IMG/VR virus record: IMGVR_UViG_3300042863_002274
Source of the DNA: a virus
DNA: 64,000 nt
Direction: 5' to 3' (one strand)
In this document: positions 19,422 through 28,711 of the stretch, piece by piece
Position numbering within the stretch: the first letter of the stretch is position 1
Layout: the number at the start of each line of letters is the position of its first letter
The notes under the pieces: model-generated
What the model was told of the DNA's origin: nothing
Database searches by the model: none
Seen by the model: the letters and a program-made list of their open reading frames with translations, nothing else
Translations under genes and position numbers: made by a program

Positions 19422-20113
19422 TGAAAATCGGTTTTATCAAGGATGTTTTTGGAGGAATGCCTCATGTTATGGCAACTTCAAACAACGAAAAAATTCAGGT
19501 AAAAGCAATTACCGAATATGGCAAATCAATTGTTTCTGATTTTAATTTTGACGCTTACAACATTAAGTCAACAGTGCCTGATGGATTTATTTTTACCGGA
19601 TTCTTCGAAAACTCAGAAATAGCAGAGGACGAGCCTGTTTCTAAAGCAATTGAGAAAAAATCGTACCGCTACATCACTACTGTAAAAAACGAGAGAAGCT
19701 CAAATCGTGACCCTATCGAAAATACGCCAATCCGGTCGTTTTCCTCCGCGGTCAATAAACTGAACGCTATTTCTTTCAAGACCAGTAACTTTAAAAACCT
19801 TAAGAAAAAATCAGAATTCAAGAGAAGAATAAAGTCAGGAAAAGTTTTTTTTGACGAAAAATCTCGCGCTGTTAAATCTCATCCTAAAGCACAGTTTGGA
19901 CAAATAGAGACAGAACTCATATATGGACAATTTGGTCAAGGGTTTATTAGAAAAACAGCCAATAGAAAAACGGCAGAAACTTCTTCAAGTCGTCGATTGA
20001 CTCGCAGAGCCAAGACTCTAGAAAGCATTACCCGAGAAGCAACGGCTGGCCAAAAGGAATCAATTTCAGCACGGGTTTCTTACACTAGAAACGAAATAAA
20101 ACATGCAAGGTAA
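19421..20113 (+). CDS. Hypothetical basic protein
   Basis: 230 aa ORF with a TAATG overlap with the upstream gene. Confidence 0.65.
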   Translation: MKIGFIKDVFGGMPHVMATSNNEKIQVKAITEYGKSIVSDFNFDAYNIKSTVPDGFIFTGFFENSEIAEDEPVSKAIEKKSYRYITTVKNERSSNRDPIENTPIRSFSSAVNKLNAISFKTSNFKNLKKKSEFKRRIKSGKVFFDEKSRAVKSHPKAQFGQIETELIYGQFGQGFIRKTANRKTAETSSSRRLTRRAKTLESITREATAGQKESISARVSYTRNEIKHAR

Positions 20114-20774
20114 ATCTCCAGCAAAAGCAAAAGCATTGGCTCTGCGTCTTGCTCAAGACATAGGGTGTTCCGGCGCACACAAGGATTCAGAAGGAAGATG
20201 GATGCCCTGTGCTTCCATGGAAGAGATGGAAAGAATCTCAAACACTGCCGAGACATCAAGGTGGAGAAGTGTCGTTCCAGGAGCTAAAGAAGCGGGAACA
20301 AAAAGAAGTATTGGGAAAAACAAGAAAAAAAGACGCTCTGACGGCTGGGAAAACCTAACGGAAGCGCCAATACGGGGAATTGGCTCACTGGAAGGTGGAG
20401 GCATCGTTTCGTCTACTTCCTTTAGTGGTAAATCTATTGAATGCTGCGAAGAAAAGGGTGTCGGCCCAGAGTTCGTAAGAGATAACGACGTAGACGTCTT
20501 TATTGACCCAGAATCAGCCAAGGCTCGTTCTCGCCAGATTGGGTGCATAGGAATCAGTAGAAGAGTGAGCAAGTCAGGACGCACGGTGTGGATGCCATGT
20601 ACAAATATGACTGATTATTCCAATAGAACTGGTTCAACATCTTTAGGCAGAAGAAACATCAGCAAGAGGCGTGAACGGGAAACCAGAAACGCTGTCAGGA
20701 CCGTCTTGCGCGAAAAACCAAAGTCAAGCGTCGCAAGGAAAACATCCCTCACGCGAGAACTCATTGGTAAGTAA
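20103..20774 (+). CDS. Protein with two DUF3721-like GC.G....WMPC repeats
   Basis: AQDIGCSGAHKDSEGRWMPC and SRQIGCIGISRRVSKSGRTVWMPC. Confidence 0.6.
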   Translation: MQGKSPAKAKALALRLAQDIGCSGAHKDSEGRWMPCASMEEMERISNTAETSRWRSVVPGAKEAGTKRSIGKNKKKRRSDGWENLTEAPIRGIGSLEGGGIVSSTSFSGKSIECCEEKGVGPEFVRDNDVDVFIDPESAKARSRQIGCIGISRRVSKSGRTVWMPCTNMTDYSNRTGSTSLGRRNISKRRERETRNAVRTVLREKPKSSVARKTSLTRELIGK

Positions 20775-20935
20775 CGTAATCTATTTACGTACTTTAATTG
20801 CAAAATATTATTAGTTACACCGAGAGGTGTCAATTATCTGTTATTTTTGTTTATACATAAGAGCTGGGTGCTTACCTAAGCCTTGGAAAAACCAACAATA
20901 AACAAACCCCACCCAACTCATAAGAGGAGAACCCA

Positions 20936-22303
20936 ATGTCGGAAGACAAGGCACGTACAGAAGAGCTTCAATCAGCTCTTCGCACAAAGATGGCAGACAA
21001 TAAGACCATCGCAGATTCATTCAAAATCGAGGACGGCACAGTAGTCGTTACTCCTGAGCAAAAGTCAGCGTTCGACAAGAACATGCGCGACATCAAGGAA
21101 ATCAAGGGCCTTCTCGGAGACCTTGAGACCATGAACCAAGTAGACAACTGGGCATCACAGCCATCAGGCGATTCTGCAGGAGCAGCTTATGCTGCCGCCG
21201 CAGCAGACCTCAATAGCTTGTCTTCACGTGAAATCAAGTCAATTGGACAAATGTTCACTGACTCACCAGAGTTCAAGGCACTTAATGGTGGCCGCAATGG
21301 AGCAAACATGGTTTCACCATGGCAAATTGCTGCATCGTTGACTTCATACACTTCTGGTTACAACGTAAAGGACGTTTACTCGGGTCTGCCAACAACAGCA
21401 GTAACCGATAGCCGTCTTGGTTCATTTGGTTCCGTACAGCGTGACCCAATGGTATTGCCACCAACACGTACAAAGCGTGTTCGTGACTTGTTCCCAGTTC
21501 GCAAGACAAACGCTGCTGTTATCGAATACTTCCGTCAGCTTGGTTTCACAACCTTGCAGGCTGGAGCAGGCGTAAACAGTGCATCATCAGTTGCAGAGCG
21601 CAACGCCGGCAATACCGCATTCGGTATCAAGCCACAGTCTTCATTCGCCTTCGTTGGTGAGCAGGCTCCAGTGCGCACACTTGCACATTGGGAAGCAGCA
21701 CACCGCAACGTTCTTGCAGACGAGCCACAGCTTCGAAGCATTATCGACAACGAATTGATGTACGGTCTCCGTCTCCTTGAGGATAACCAAATCCTTAACG
21801 GTAACGGTACTGGTGAAAACTTGTTGGGCGTTCGTAACACACCAAACATCCAGACATACAACTGGTCAAGCGGTGCAACTCTGCCAGTGAAGGACACAAA
21901 GGCTGACGCGCTTCGCCGTGCGGCAACCCTTTCCTTCCTTGCTTACTACGAGCCAAGCGGCATCGTTCTTCACCCGAACGACTGGGAAGACATCGAACTT
22001 ACTAAGGACTCACAAGGCCAGTACCTCATCGCAGTTTCGGTTGCAATGGGTGGCGAGCCACGCGTCTGGCGTATGCCAATCGTTGACACTCCTGCAATGA
22101 CTGAAGGTAAGGCACTTGTTGGAGCCTTCGGTACCGGAGCACAGTTGTACGACCGTGAAGAAGCAAGCATCCGCATCAGCGAACAGCATTCGGACTTCTT
22201 CGTCCGTAACGCAATCGTTATCCTTGCAGAGCAAAGACTTGCGCTTGCTGTCAAGCGTCCAGAAGCATTCGTTGAAGTAACCTTCGACAACGCACCAGCC
22301 TAA
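20936..22303 (+). CDS. Major capsid protein, HK97 fold
   Basis: GAGGAG RBS and strongly biased codons. Coiled-coil delta-like N-terminus ending EIK/SIG. Motifs VRTLAHW, LADEPQLRSIIDNELMYGL, QILNGNGTGENLLG, FVRNAIVILAEQRLALAVKRPEAF. Confidence 0.95.
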   Translation: MSEDKARTEELQSALRTKMADNKTIADSFKIEDGTVVVTPEQKSAFDKNMRDIKEIKGLLGDLETMNQVDNWASQPSGDSAGAAYAAAAADLNSLSSREIKSIGQMFTDSPEFKALNGGRNGANMVSPWQIAASLTSYTSGYNVKDVYSGLPTTAVTDSRLGSFGSVQRDPMVLPPTRTKRVRDLFPVRKTNAAVIEYFRQLGFTTLQAGAGVNSASSVAERNAGNTAFGIKPQSSFAFVGEQAPVRTLAHWEAAHRNVLADEPQLRSIIDNELMYGLRLLEDNQILNGNGTGENLLGVRNTPNIQTYNWSSGATLPVKDTKADALRRAATLSFLAYYEPSGIVLHPNDWEDIELTKDSQGQYLIAVSVAMGGEPRVWRMPIVDTPAMTEGKALVGAFGTGAQLYDREEASIRISEQHSDFFVRNAIVILAEQRLALAVKRPEAFVEVTFDNAPA

Positions 22304-22317
22304 TAAGCACTAAGCGG

Positions 22318-22357
22318 AACCCCGCCTGTACCTTCGAACGGTACGGGCGGGGTTTTT
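22318..22357 (+). terminator. Rho-independent terminator after the capsid gene
   Basis: Stem AACCCCGCCTGTACC / GGTACGGGCGGGGTT followed by a T tract. Confidence 0.9.
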
Positions 22358-22395
22358 GCCTTTTATAACCCAAAAACTATGAGAAGATATCTTAT

Positions 22396-23217
22396 ATGAC
22401 TAATCCATTTGATGACATCGAAAAAACGTTTGAAGAACTTCAGGGCTTATCTGACCAAATAGAGGTAGAACTAGCCCTTGAGCAAATAGCTAACCAGTCC
22501 ATGATTGAGCTGAAGCATATTGAAATGCACCCAATATTCGATGAATATTACGGTTCTTTTGTTTTCCAAGAAGTACTAGTCAAAGGTTCAAAAAAACCAG
22601 TACTTAAAGACCCAAAGGGTGGCCTGACTGCTGCCGGACGAGCTTACTTCAAAAGAAAAGAAGGAGCTAGCTTGAAGCCAGGAGTAAAGGGGGCTGCCGA
22701 TACTCCTGAAAAGATGAGAAGAAAAGGTTCTTTCTTGACTCGTTTCTTCACAAACCCATCAGGCCCTATGAAAGACGAAAAGGGCAGAGCAACTAGATTG
22801 GCTCTATCGGCTGCAGCCTGGGGCGAACCAGTACCTCAAAATATCGAAGACGCCAAAAAGCTTGCAGCAAAAGGAAGAAGAATGCTGGAAAGATACCAGA
22901 ATTCTAAATCTAAGAAATCACATTTTTCTTACGACTACTTTAATAAGTTTTCGCCAGATAGTTATAACGAATTTATTAATTCAGAAGAACTTAAAGGACT
23001 TATCCCTCCTGATGGAATGTTGTTCTTAAATGAATCCATGTCCGAAGAGCAGCAAGCGATACGCGCATCTCTTCGGAGAAGTGTCTCCGAACTAGCGCCT
23101 TCGTCCAAAACCGCATCACAGTCTTATATTTCAGAAGATTCAGAAGAACTAAAAAGAATGTCTAAGGCAGCAAAAATGATGAAACAGCGTCGTAAGGCTA
23201 AGCAAAAAAATGGCTGA
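22396..23217 (+). CDS. Conserved phage protein
   Basis: KDPKGGLTAAGRAYF...LKPGVK...RRKGSF..RF...KDEKGRATRLAL, a motif common in aquatic phages. Confidence 0.7.
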   Translation: MTNPFDDIEKTFEELQGLSDQIEVELALEQIANQSMIELKHIEMHPIFDEYYGSFVFQEVLVKGSKKPVLKDPKGGLTAAGRAYFKRKEGASLKPGVKGAADTPEKMRRKGSFLTRFFTNPSGPMKDEKGRATRLALSAAAWGEPVPQNIEDAKKLAAKGRRMLERYQNSKSKKSHFSYDYFNKFSPDSYNEFINSEELKGLIPPDGMLFLNESMSEEQQAIRASLRRSVSELAPSSKTASQSYISEDSEELKRMSKAAKMMKQRRKAKQKNG

Positions 23218-23611
23218 GCAATACTGGTACACAGCAAAAGTACTCAAGGTAATAGACGGAGACACTCTCGACGTCATGATAGACCTAGGGTTCAGTATTC
23301 ACCACAAAGCCAGAGTGAGGCTCTATGGAGTAAACACTCCAGAATCCCGTACAAAGGATTTGGCTGAAAAGGAAATGGGTCTAAAGGCAAAGAGTTTTAC
23401 TTCAGACTGGACAACACGGCACTCTATTGTCTTTTTAAAGACAATCGCCGGCAAGGATGACAAGTACGGAAGAGTCTTGGCTCAAATATATTCCGACAAG
23501 GACGTCAAGTCCGAATTAACTGCATGCCTTAATCAGGACATAGTTTCATCGGGCTACGCTCGTGAGTACTACGGCCAAGGGGATAAAACTTGGGAAGAAT
23601 TTAAAAAATGA
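23210..23611 (+). CDS. Thermonuclease (SNase-like)
   Basis: VIDGDTLDV, RVRLYGVNTPE, DKYGRVLA, GYAREY. Confidence 0.9.
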   Translation: MAEQYWYTAKVLKVIDGDTLDVMIDLGFSIHHKARVRLYGVNTPESRTKDLAEKEMGLKAKSFTSDWTTRHSIVFLKTIAGKDDKYGRVLAQIYSDKDVKSELTACLNQDIVSSGYAREYYGQGDKTWEEFKK

Positions 23612-24066
23612 ACGACAATACATGGGGTTCCTATAAAGGACCCATAAAAGGCCTTCGCATAGAAGTGAAAGCAGACGAATCCGCTAAATGCCCTACGGCA
23701 ACAAAAGACGTTTCGGTAAACCTGCTTAATCGCAAAAAGGCAATCGCTGTTGCTGACTACGGCCCGCTTAATCCAGAAGAGAAAAACGAAGAGTTCTGGT
23801 CCAAGCTTGCCGACGAGTGGGAAGTAAGCACCGAAGAGGCTAAGAAACAGAAATGCGGCAATTGCGCAGTTTTTATTGTCACCCCACAAATGAAGTCATG
23901 CATACAAGGCGGACTTGTCGGAGACGATAGAAAAGACGAATGGGAAGCAATAGACGAAGCTGGTGAACTAGGATACTGTGAAGCATTCGACTTTAAGTGC
24001 GCTTCTAAGAGAACTTGTCGCGCCTGGGTCACCGGAGGACCAATACGTGAAGAAAAAGATAAATAA
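23608..24066 (+). CDS. Conserved Cys-rich phage protein
   Basis: CPTATKD...YGPLNP...CGNCAVF...GYCEAFDFKCASKRTCRAW. Confidence 0.7.
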   Translation: MNDNTWGSYKGPIKGLRIEVKADESAKCPTATKDVSVNLLNRKKAIAVADYGPLNPEEKNEEFWSKLADEWEVSTEEAKKQKCGNCAVFIVTPQMKSCIQGGLVGDDRKDEWEAIDEAGELGYCEAFDFKCASKRTCRAWVTGGPIREEKDK

Positions 24067-24144
24067 CGTCATTAACTGGCTAGCGGCAATTGTTTCAGCC
24101 GTTGTTGTGGCAAGAACAGCTATAAAGATGAAAAAAGCAGTGAG

Positions 24145-24528
24145 TCACCCCAACCCTGAAATGTGGGAATGAATTTCGTGCTCGTCGCAAGACGTATAAC
24201 GCATTCCTGATGTCTCCACCTTGCGTGGATATCCTGGTTCACCGCATTTCTCACATACGCTGAAAGAATCCTGCTCGATAGTAAGAATCAGTGAATTGAC
24301 TTTACTATATTCTTCCATGTTTGAAAGATTGAAGTAAAAACGTAGTCCACCAAACTTTTCTTTTATTTGCACAATCGTGTAATTCGGGTCCTGCGTAAAT
24401 AAAACAGTATCGCATTTCCTTATTAATTCCGCCCAGCCATAACCACAGTCAATGGTTGCCGGTATGCCGTCAGCAAAACGGTCAAGGATGTTTTGGAAAT
24501 CCGGGTCTGAACCTATGTTGATATTCAT
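24145..24528 (-). CDS. Conserved phage protein (QxKEKFGxLRFY family with CxxCG)
   Basis: GWAELI...QIKEKFGGLRFY...CEKCGEPG. Leaderless-type TAGGAT-N6-ATG start. Confidence 0.75.
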   Translation of the reverse strand: MNINIGSDPDFQNILDRFADGIPATIDCGYGWAELIRKCDTVLFTQDPNYTIVQIKEKFGGLRFYFNLSNMEEYSKVNSLILTIEQDSFSVCEKCGEPGYPRKVETSGMRYTSCDEHEIHSHISGLG

Positions 24529-24549
24529 GGCTAAATCCTATACTCGTTG

Positions 24550-24565
24550 CGCGTCGGGCAGGGCT
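24550..24565 (-). pseudogene. 3' remnant (T-arm 3' strand plus acceptor) of a disrupted tRNA-Arg
   Basis: Minus strand reads AGC CCTGC CCGACGC G. CCGACGC is complementary to the GCGTCGG acceptor at 25149-25155. Confidence 0.7.
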
Positions 24566-24581
24566 TAGGCTTTGTAAGATT

Positions 24582-24656
24582 TGGTGCCCCATGAGAGAAT
24601 CGAACTCCCGTAAAATGCTTAGAAGGCATTGACTTTATCCACTAAGTTAATGGGGC
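24582..24656 (-). tRNA. tRNA-Arg (UCU)
   Basis: GCCCCAT acceptor, AATGC-CTTCTAA-GCATT anticodon arm, TTCGATT T-loop, encoded CCA. Confidence 0.9.
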
Positions 24657-25109
24657 CCGATATGAGTGCTTTGCCCAGTTAAATTGTTGTGCCGTTCTAA
24701 TTTTATGACAATTTGCACATACAATATCGCATTTTTTAATTTCTTCGTATGCCGCTTTGTCTCTTCCAGTATTTACCAAGTGAGACACATTGTACTCTTT
24801 TTCCCCACGATGGTCAAATTCTAAAACACGGATATCACTATTTCCGCAGTCCATACATGATTTATCTGCTAACCATTCAATGAATTCTTTTTGAATCCTT
24901 AATTTTCTATCGTACGCTTTGTCGATATAGTATTTTTTATTTTCTTCATAATGCGTCTTAAAATAAACCTTCCTACACTCCCTACAGGAGCTTTGTAACC
25001 CATCTTTTTTTCCTACATTTTTAGCAAAACAATTTTTAGGTTTTACGGTTTTGCACGATGGGCATTCTTTGGTCATATTTAAATTGTACACATTTGGGAT
25101 TCTGACCAT
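24642..25109 (-). CDS. HNH homing endonuclease
   Basis: N-terminal CPSC/CREC zinc finger, then CMDCG...LEFDH...KCDIVCANCHKIRT. Confidence 0.85.
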   Translation of the reverse strand: MVRIPNVYNLNMTKECPSCKTVKPKNCFAKNVGKKDGLQSSCRECRKVYFKTHYEENKKYYIDKAYDRKLRIQKEFIEWLADKSCMDCGNSDIRVLEFDHRGEKEYNVSHLVNTGRDKAAYEEIKKCDIVCANCHKIRTAQQFNWAKHSYRAPLT

Positions 25110-25117
25110 TGTTACTT

Positions 25118-25155
25118 TTAGAAGTCTGTTGCCTTATCCCTTGGGCCACCGACGC
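25118..25155 (-). pseudogene. 5' half of a disrupted tRNA-Arg (UCU)
   Basis: GCGTCGG TG GCCCAAGGGATAAGGC A ACAGA CT TCT AA, then breaks off where TCTGT is expected. Confidence 0.8.
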
Positions 25156-25724
25156 TAGAGGGTTGGTTTGTTCTTGCGAGAATGATACAGGTTTCTCTTT
25201 TGTTCGTTCAGTTTGTCCCGGTTCACGCGGTTGTACTCCTTCATGGACTCAATGTTTTTCCCTTTCCTTTTTAAGTCATTGATTCGTTTGCATTCCCTGC
25301 AGACCCTATATTCTTCACCAATTTGCCTGCCCTGTTTCTTTACATATACAAGAGGTTCGAACTCCTCAAAAGAATGACCCTTTTTACAGTGAGTCTGTTT
25401 TTTCGTCTGAGGGGGATTTCTTCCTTTTTTGAACATGTCCTTCATGTTTCCTGAATTTGTATCTAGAAAAAGATGTTCGGGGTTAACGCACGGCGGGTTG
25501 TCGCAATGGTGGCAGACAAGTAGGCCCTTTGGTACTTCACCTATATGAAAAAGGTAGCTTGAAACATGAGCCCCAATCGCCGGCCTGTCTTGGTAGTACT
25601 TGAACGAACCATACCCCTTACTCGTTGGTGCGCCAGTCCAAATCCAGCAATCTGGAAATTTATCGTTACCAGACTTATCGACCTTCTGAAAAAATCTTTC
25701 AATGAGAGGCATATTCTTAGCCAT
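25155..25724 (-). CDS. HNH endonuclease
   Basis: RFFQKVDKS...CWIWTG...VCHHCDNPPCVNPEHL...N, then THCKKGH. Start placed at the ATG overlapping the upstream stop. Confidence 0.88.
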   Translation of the reverse strand: MAKNMPLIERFFQKVDKSGNDKFPDCWIWTGAPTSKGYGSFKYYQDRPAIGAHVSSYLFHIGEVPKGLLVCHHCDNPPCVNPEHLFLDTNSGNMKDMFKKGRNPPQTKKQTHCKKGHSFEEFEPLVYVKKQGRQIGEEYRVCRECKRINDLKRKGKNIESMKEYNRVNRDKLNEQKRNLYHSRKNKPTL

Positions 25725-26349
25725 TTTTTTTCTTTTCGTTTCTAATTCGCATACACTCCGCGCACGTCCGATACTTTCGCCCACTTTTTTTCACGAACCA
25801 CTTCTCCCCATAAACACTAAAGTCATGACCTTTTCTACAGTGGTTTAGTTTTTTAGGCTCTATTCCCTTTTCCTCGCGTCTGCGCGCAAGTCGCTCTTTC
25901 TTCCATCTTTTGTGACAAGCCTTACAATCCCGTGTGACAAAACCGGTATGTTTGCTGATTCTGTGGATTGTGTTTTCCTCATCATAGAGATGACCGTGTT
26001 TGCAGTGCGTCTTTCTGCTCTCTTTATGATTCCCGTGCGTAACCGAATAGCGCTGATTGTGAGAACGGGTCTCAGCTTCTAAATGGTCCGGACGAACACA
26101 TGGAGGGTTGTTACATGTATGGCAAACTTCGCGCCCTTCTGGGACTCGCTTGCCATTTGCTTTTTGCCAGCTATAAACATGGGCACCAAGTTTCTTGTTT
26201 ACCCCATCTTGCTTGATTGCAAAGTGACCATATTTTTTCACAACATAGCCAGTCCATTCCCAACAGTCTGGATAATCTGGATTAGGTCCAGATTTGTCTA
26301 CCTTCTCCCAGAAACGTTCTTCTTCTGGTATTGGTTTTCTTCCTGCCAT
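25717..26349 (-). CDS. HNH endonuclease (paralog of the adjacent gene)
   Basis: RFWEKVDKS...CWEWTG...VCHTCNNPPCVRPDHL...N, plus two HC(K/R)xGH zinc modules. Confidence 0.88.
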   Translation of the reverse strand: MAGRKPIPEEERFWEKVDKSGPNPDYPDCWEWTGYVVKKYGHFAIKQDGVNKKLGAHVYSWQKANGKRVPEGREVCHTCNNPPCVRPDHLEAETRSHNQRYSVTHGNHKESRKTHCKHGHLYDEENTIHRISKHTGFVTRDCKACHKRWKKERLARRREEKGIEPKKLNHCRKGHDFSVYGEKWFVKKSGRKYRTCAECMRIRNEKKKNG

Positions 26350-26353
26350 GTGT

Positions 26354-28279
26354 CTACTTTACTGGGCAGGCTCCTGTTGCGCAATCTTCCATGTCAATTT
26401 CTCCGTCAAACTTTGACTGAACAAGTGGAATAGTGAAATCAATCTTTGCGACAGTCTTTTCATATTCTTCTTTTGTAATTTCCTCGTATGGAGGAAGAAC
26501 GAAGTTATGGTCTGTGTGAAGAAGGAATGAAACAGACTTAACGCTGTCGTTGTAATTCTTTGAAAGCCATTGCTTGATTTCTTCAAGTTCTTCTTTTCTG
26601 TAATACACAGTTACCGAGACGGCATTGTCTGCCCATTCTGTCTGAAGCTTCTTGACCCACTCCAATTGCTGAACTGCTGTCATTTCGCTGACCAAAATTG
26701 ACCCCTGCGGTGATTCACAAGGGAACTCAACAACATAACGGGTGTGGTCTTCTCGTCCATCGATGCCAATATCCCAGACGACCTTGTAACCCCTCTTGCG
26801 ACAGGCTTCTACGAGCGGGTCGTTCGAGCCAAAACGGACCCTACGGGTGTAATAGGCTGCAAAGGCCGGATGTATGCCCGGAGTGACTCCAGGGAGCAGA
26901 GAGAGCGTCCCAGAGGGCTGTACGGTGGTAAGACGGATGGACTTCGGAAAGCCTTTTTCTGCTGAGTACTCGGCGTCAAGGTCACGAAGGTAGTCGTATG
27001 TCGTGGAGAGCCAAGAAACCTGCTGTTCGGAGGCTTGAAGCACTCCTGTGACGCTTTGTCCAATTCTGGCGTTCTTGCGAACAATCTTGGTTGTCTTTTC
27101 AAACGGGTAAGAAAGTCGTGTTATCTGCTTTTGTGTCATATAAAGAAGACGAGAGATAGACATCAACTGTTTTACGGACTCTACGTTCGGCAGGAAGATT
27201 GTGGACAAGTTGCACGACTCTCCATCTGCTAGGCCAATTTCAGCGCATGGATTAAAGCCTTCAATTGAGTTGTCAACGTTCTTTTCGCCAAGTCGACCAA
27301 CGGCTCTTGCAAGCTTTCTGTTAAGGAATCCGTATGGTTCGCCAGAACCGTCGTAACCCTTCCAAATCTCAGCAGGAATCTCGTCCCAACCATCGGCATA
27401 GATAGAGTTGTTGCTGTTTGCTCGCCATGCAGGAATGTTTCCACTTCCCCAGTTCTTGGCACGCTGGAAAAGAACGTCGTCAGGGTCACCTGCGGCTATT
27501 TGCGCCGACCGACGCGACGAGCCGGAAACAACAACGCGACCAATAATGTTACAAATATCCAAAACATCGATAGACCGAAGCTTCTTTCCTACTCTGTTTT
27601 CCAGAACCTTGCAGATATCCTCCACGCCCTCAATAAGAGCGCCAGGACCCGATGCGGTTCCGCCCATCTTGCTCAACTTTGCTCCGTACTCTCGTACAAG
27701 AATTGTTGAATAAGTAAAAGACTTACCAGTATCAAAGTATGACTTCAATACGGCATGTAGTAGACGGCTCCAGCCCTCTCGTGAGTCTGGAACAATAATA
27801 TTTGCATCGTTTGTTCTTTCGTGCGAGATAACAACGCCAGATTTGACCTTTGGAAGGTCGTGAATCTTTGAACGCTCTACTGAAAAACCAACTCCGCCGC
27901 CAAGCATCAAGTAATTGAAAAGAAACTCAAAGTCATCTATCTTTTCAATGTTTGTGAAGTAGCAGTTGTTCAAGGATGCTCCGCCAAAAGATTCAACCAT
28001 TGGGGTTCCAAGCTGCCAAAGCGCCCTACCGCTTACTGAGCACCTCAAGTGATACATGTGGTCAAAAAGTTCTTCGGCTTCTTCTCTAGTGTAAGGAACG
28101 CCGATAGCAACTGCTCCATTGACAACTCGCTGAATTGTTTCAGCCCATGTTTCTATGTTTCCATTCTCTTTCAAGCGACCATAGGTGCGCAAAAAAACGA
28201 TTTCTCCCATTCCGTTAAAGCCCCAAGGGACTTGCTTGTTCGCGTATGAAGCAATAAATTCATCGTCAATGAGGTTCAT
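26354..28279 (-). CDS. nrdJ: Class II adenosylcobalamin-dependent ribonucleotide reductase
   Basis: SLNNC, GGGVG, RRSAQI, NPCAEI...CNL, TTVQPSGT, C-terminal CATGACPVK. Confidence 0.93.
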   Translation of the reverse strand: MNLIDDEFIASYANKQVPWGFNGMGEIVFLRTYGRLKENGNIETWAETIQRVVNGAVAIGVPYTREEAEELFDHMYHLRCSVSGRALWQLGTPMVESFGGASLNNCYFTNIEKIDDFEFLFNYLMLGGGVGFSVERSKIHDLPKVKSGVVISHERTNDANIIVPDSREGWSRLLHAVLKSYFDTGKSFTYSTILVREYGAKLSKMGGTASGPGALIEGVEDICKVLENRVGKKLRSIDVLDICNIIGRVVVSGSSRRSAQIAAGDPDDVLFQRAKNWGSGNIPAWRANSNNSIYADGWDEIPAEIWKGYDGSGEPYGFLNRKLARAVGRLGEKNVDNSIEGFNPCAEIGLADGESCNLSTIFLPNVESVKQLMSISRLLYMTQKQITRLSYPFEKTTKIVRKNARIGQSVTGVLQASEQQVSWLSTTYDYLRDLDAEYSAEKGFPKSIRLTTVQPSGTLSLLPGVTPGIHPAFAAYYTRRVRFGSNDPLVEACRKRGYKVVWDIGIDGREDHTRYVVEFPCESPQGSILVSEMTAVQQLEWVKKLQTEWADNAVSVTVYYRKEELEEIKQWLSKNYNDSVKSVSFLLHTDHNFVLPPYEEITKEEYEKTVAKIDFTIPLVQSKFDGEIDMEDCATGACPVK

Positions 28280-28368
28280 AATTTCCTGTCAGGTAGGTCA
28301 CTTAATAACTGTGAGTAAATGAGTGTAGCGCAAAAACGAATAAAGAAAAAGTCGAGAGACGATGAAAT

Positions 28369-28698
28369 TTATTTTATGAAACCGTATTCTTTTGCGGTGG
28401 TCAAAGGAATGTTTTTTCCCTTTTTAAAGACAAGAATCTTCGTAATTATGCCGGGTGCAATTTCACGTTCTTCAAAATAATCTTCTTCAATATAAAAAGT
28501 TAACGAGTTGTCTAACGAAGATGAAGTGTTGTATCCCCATATTGTCTCCGGAGCGGGAGTATCTCCTACGCAGTCCCCAGTAGGGTGACCACAGACCGGA
28601 CATGGTTGTCTGTCTGCCCTGTGGATATCTATTCCGGAGGAGTCGTTTCTAAAGAGCGATGATTCGCCAAATCCAGCGCTGTTATAAAATTCAGACAT
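28369..28698 (-). CDS. Hypothetical protein with CPVCGH
   Basis: 109 aa ORF with TAAACT-N6-ATG start. Confidence 0.65.
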   Translation of the reverse strand: MSEFYNSAGFGESSLFRNDSSGIDIHRADRQPCPVCGHPTGDCVGDTPAPETIWGYNTSSSLDNSLTFYIEEDYFEEREIAPGIITKILVFKKGKNIPLTTAKEYGFIK

Positions 28699-28711
28699 AA
28701 TATAAGTTTAC

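Noticed and set aside
20863-20881. Small hairpin (GGT-GCTT-ACC core) upstream of the capsid gene
   Set aside because: Too short and single-copy to support a regulatory call without homolog alignment.
24566-25117. Group I intron in the tRNA-Arg anticodon loop
   Set aside because: The insert is filled by an ORF and a whole tRNA, no ribozyme core is evident, and the 3' exon lacks about nt 39-57.
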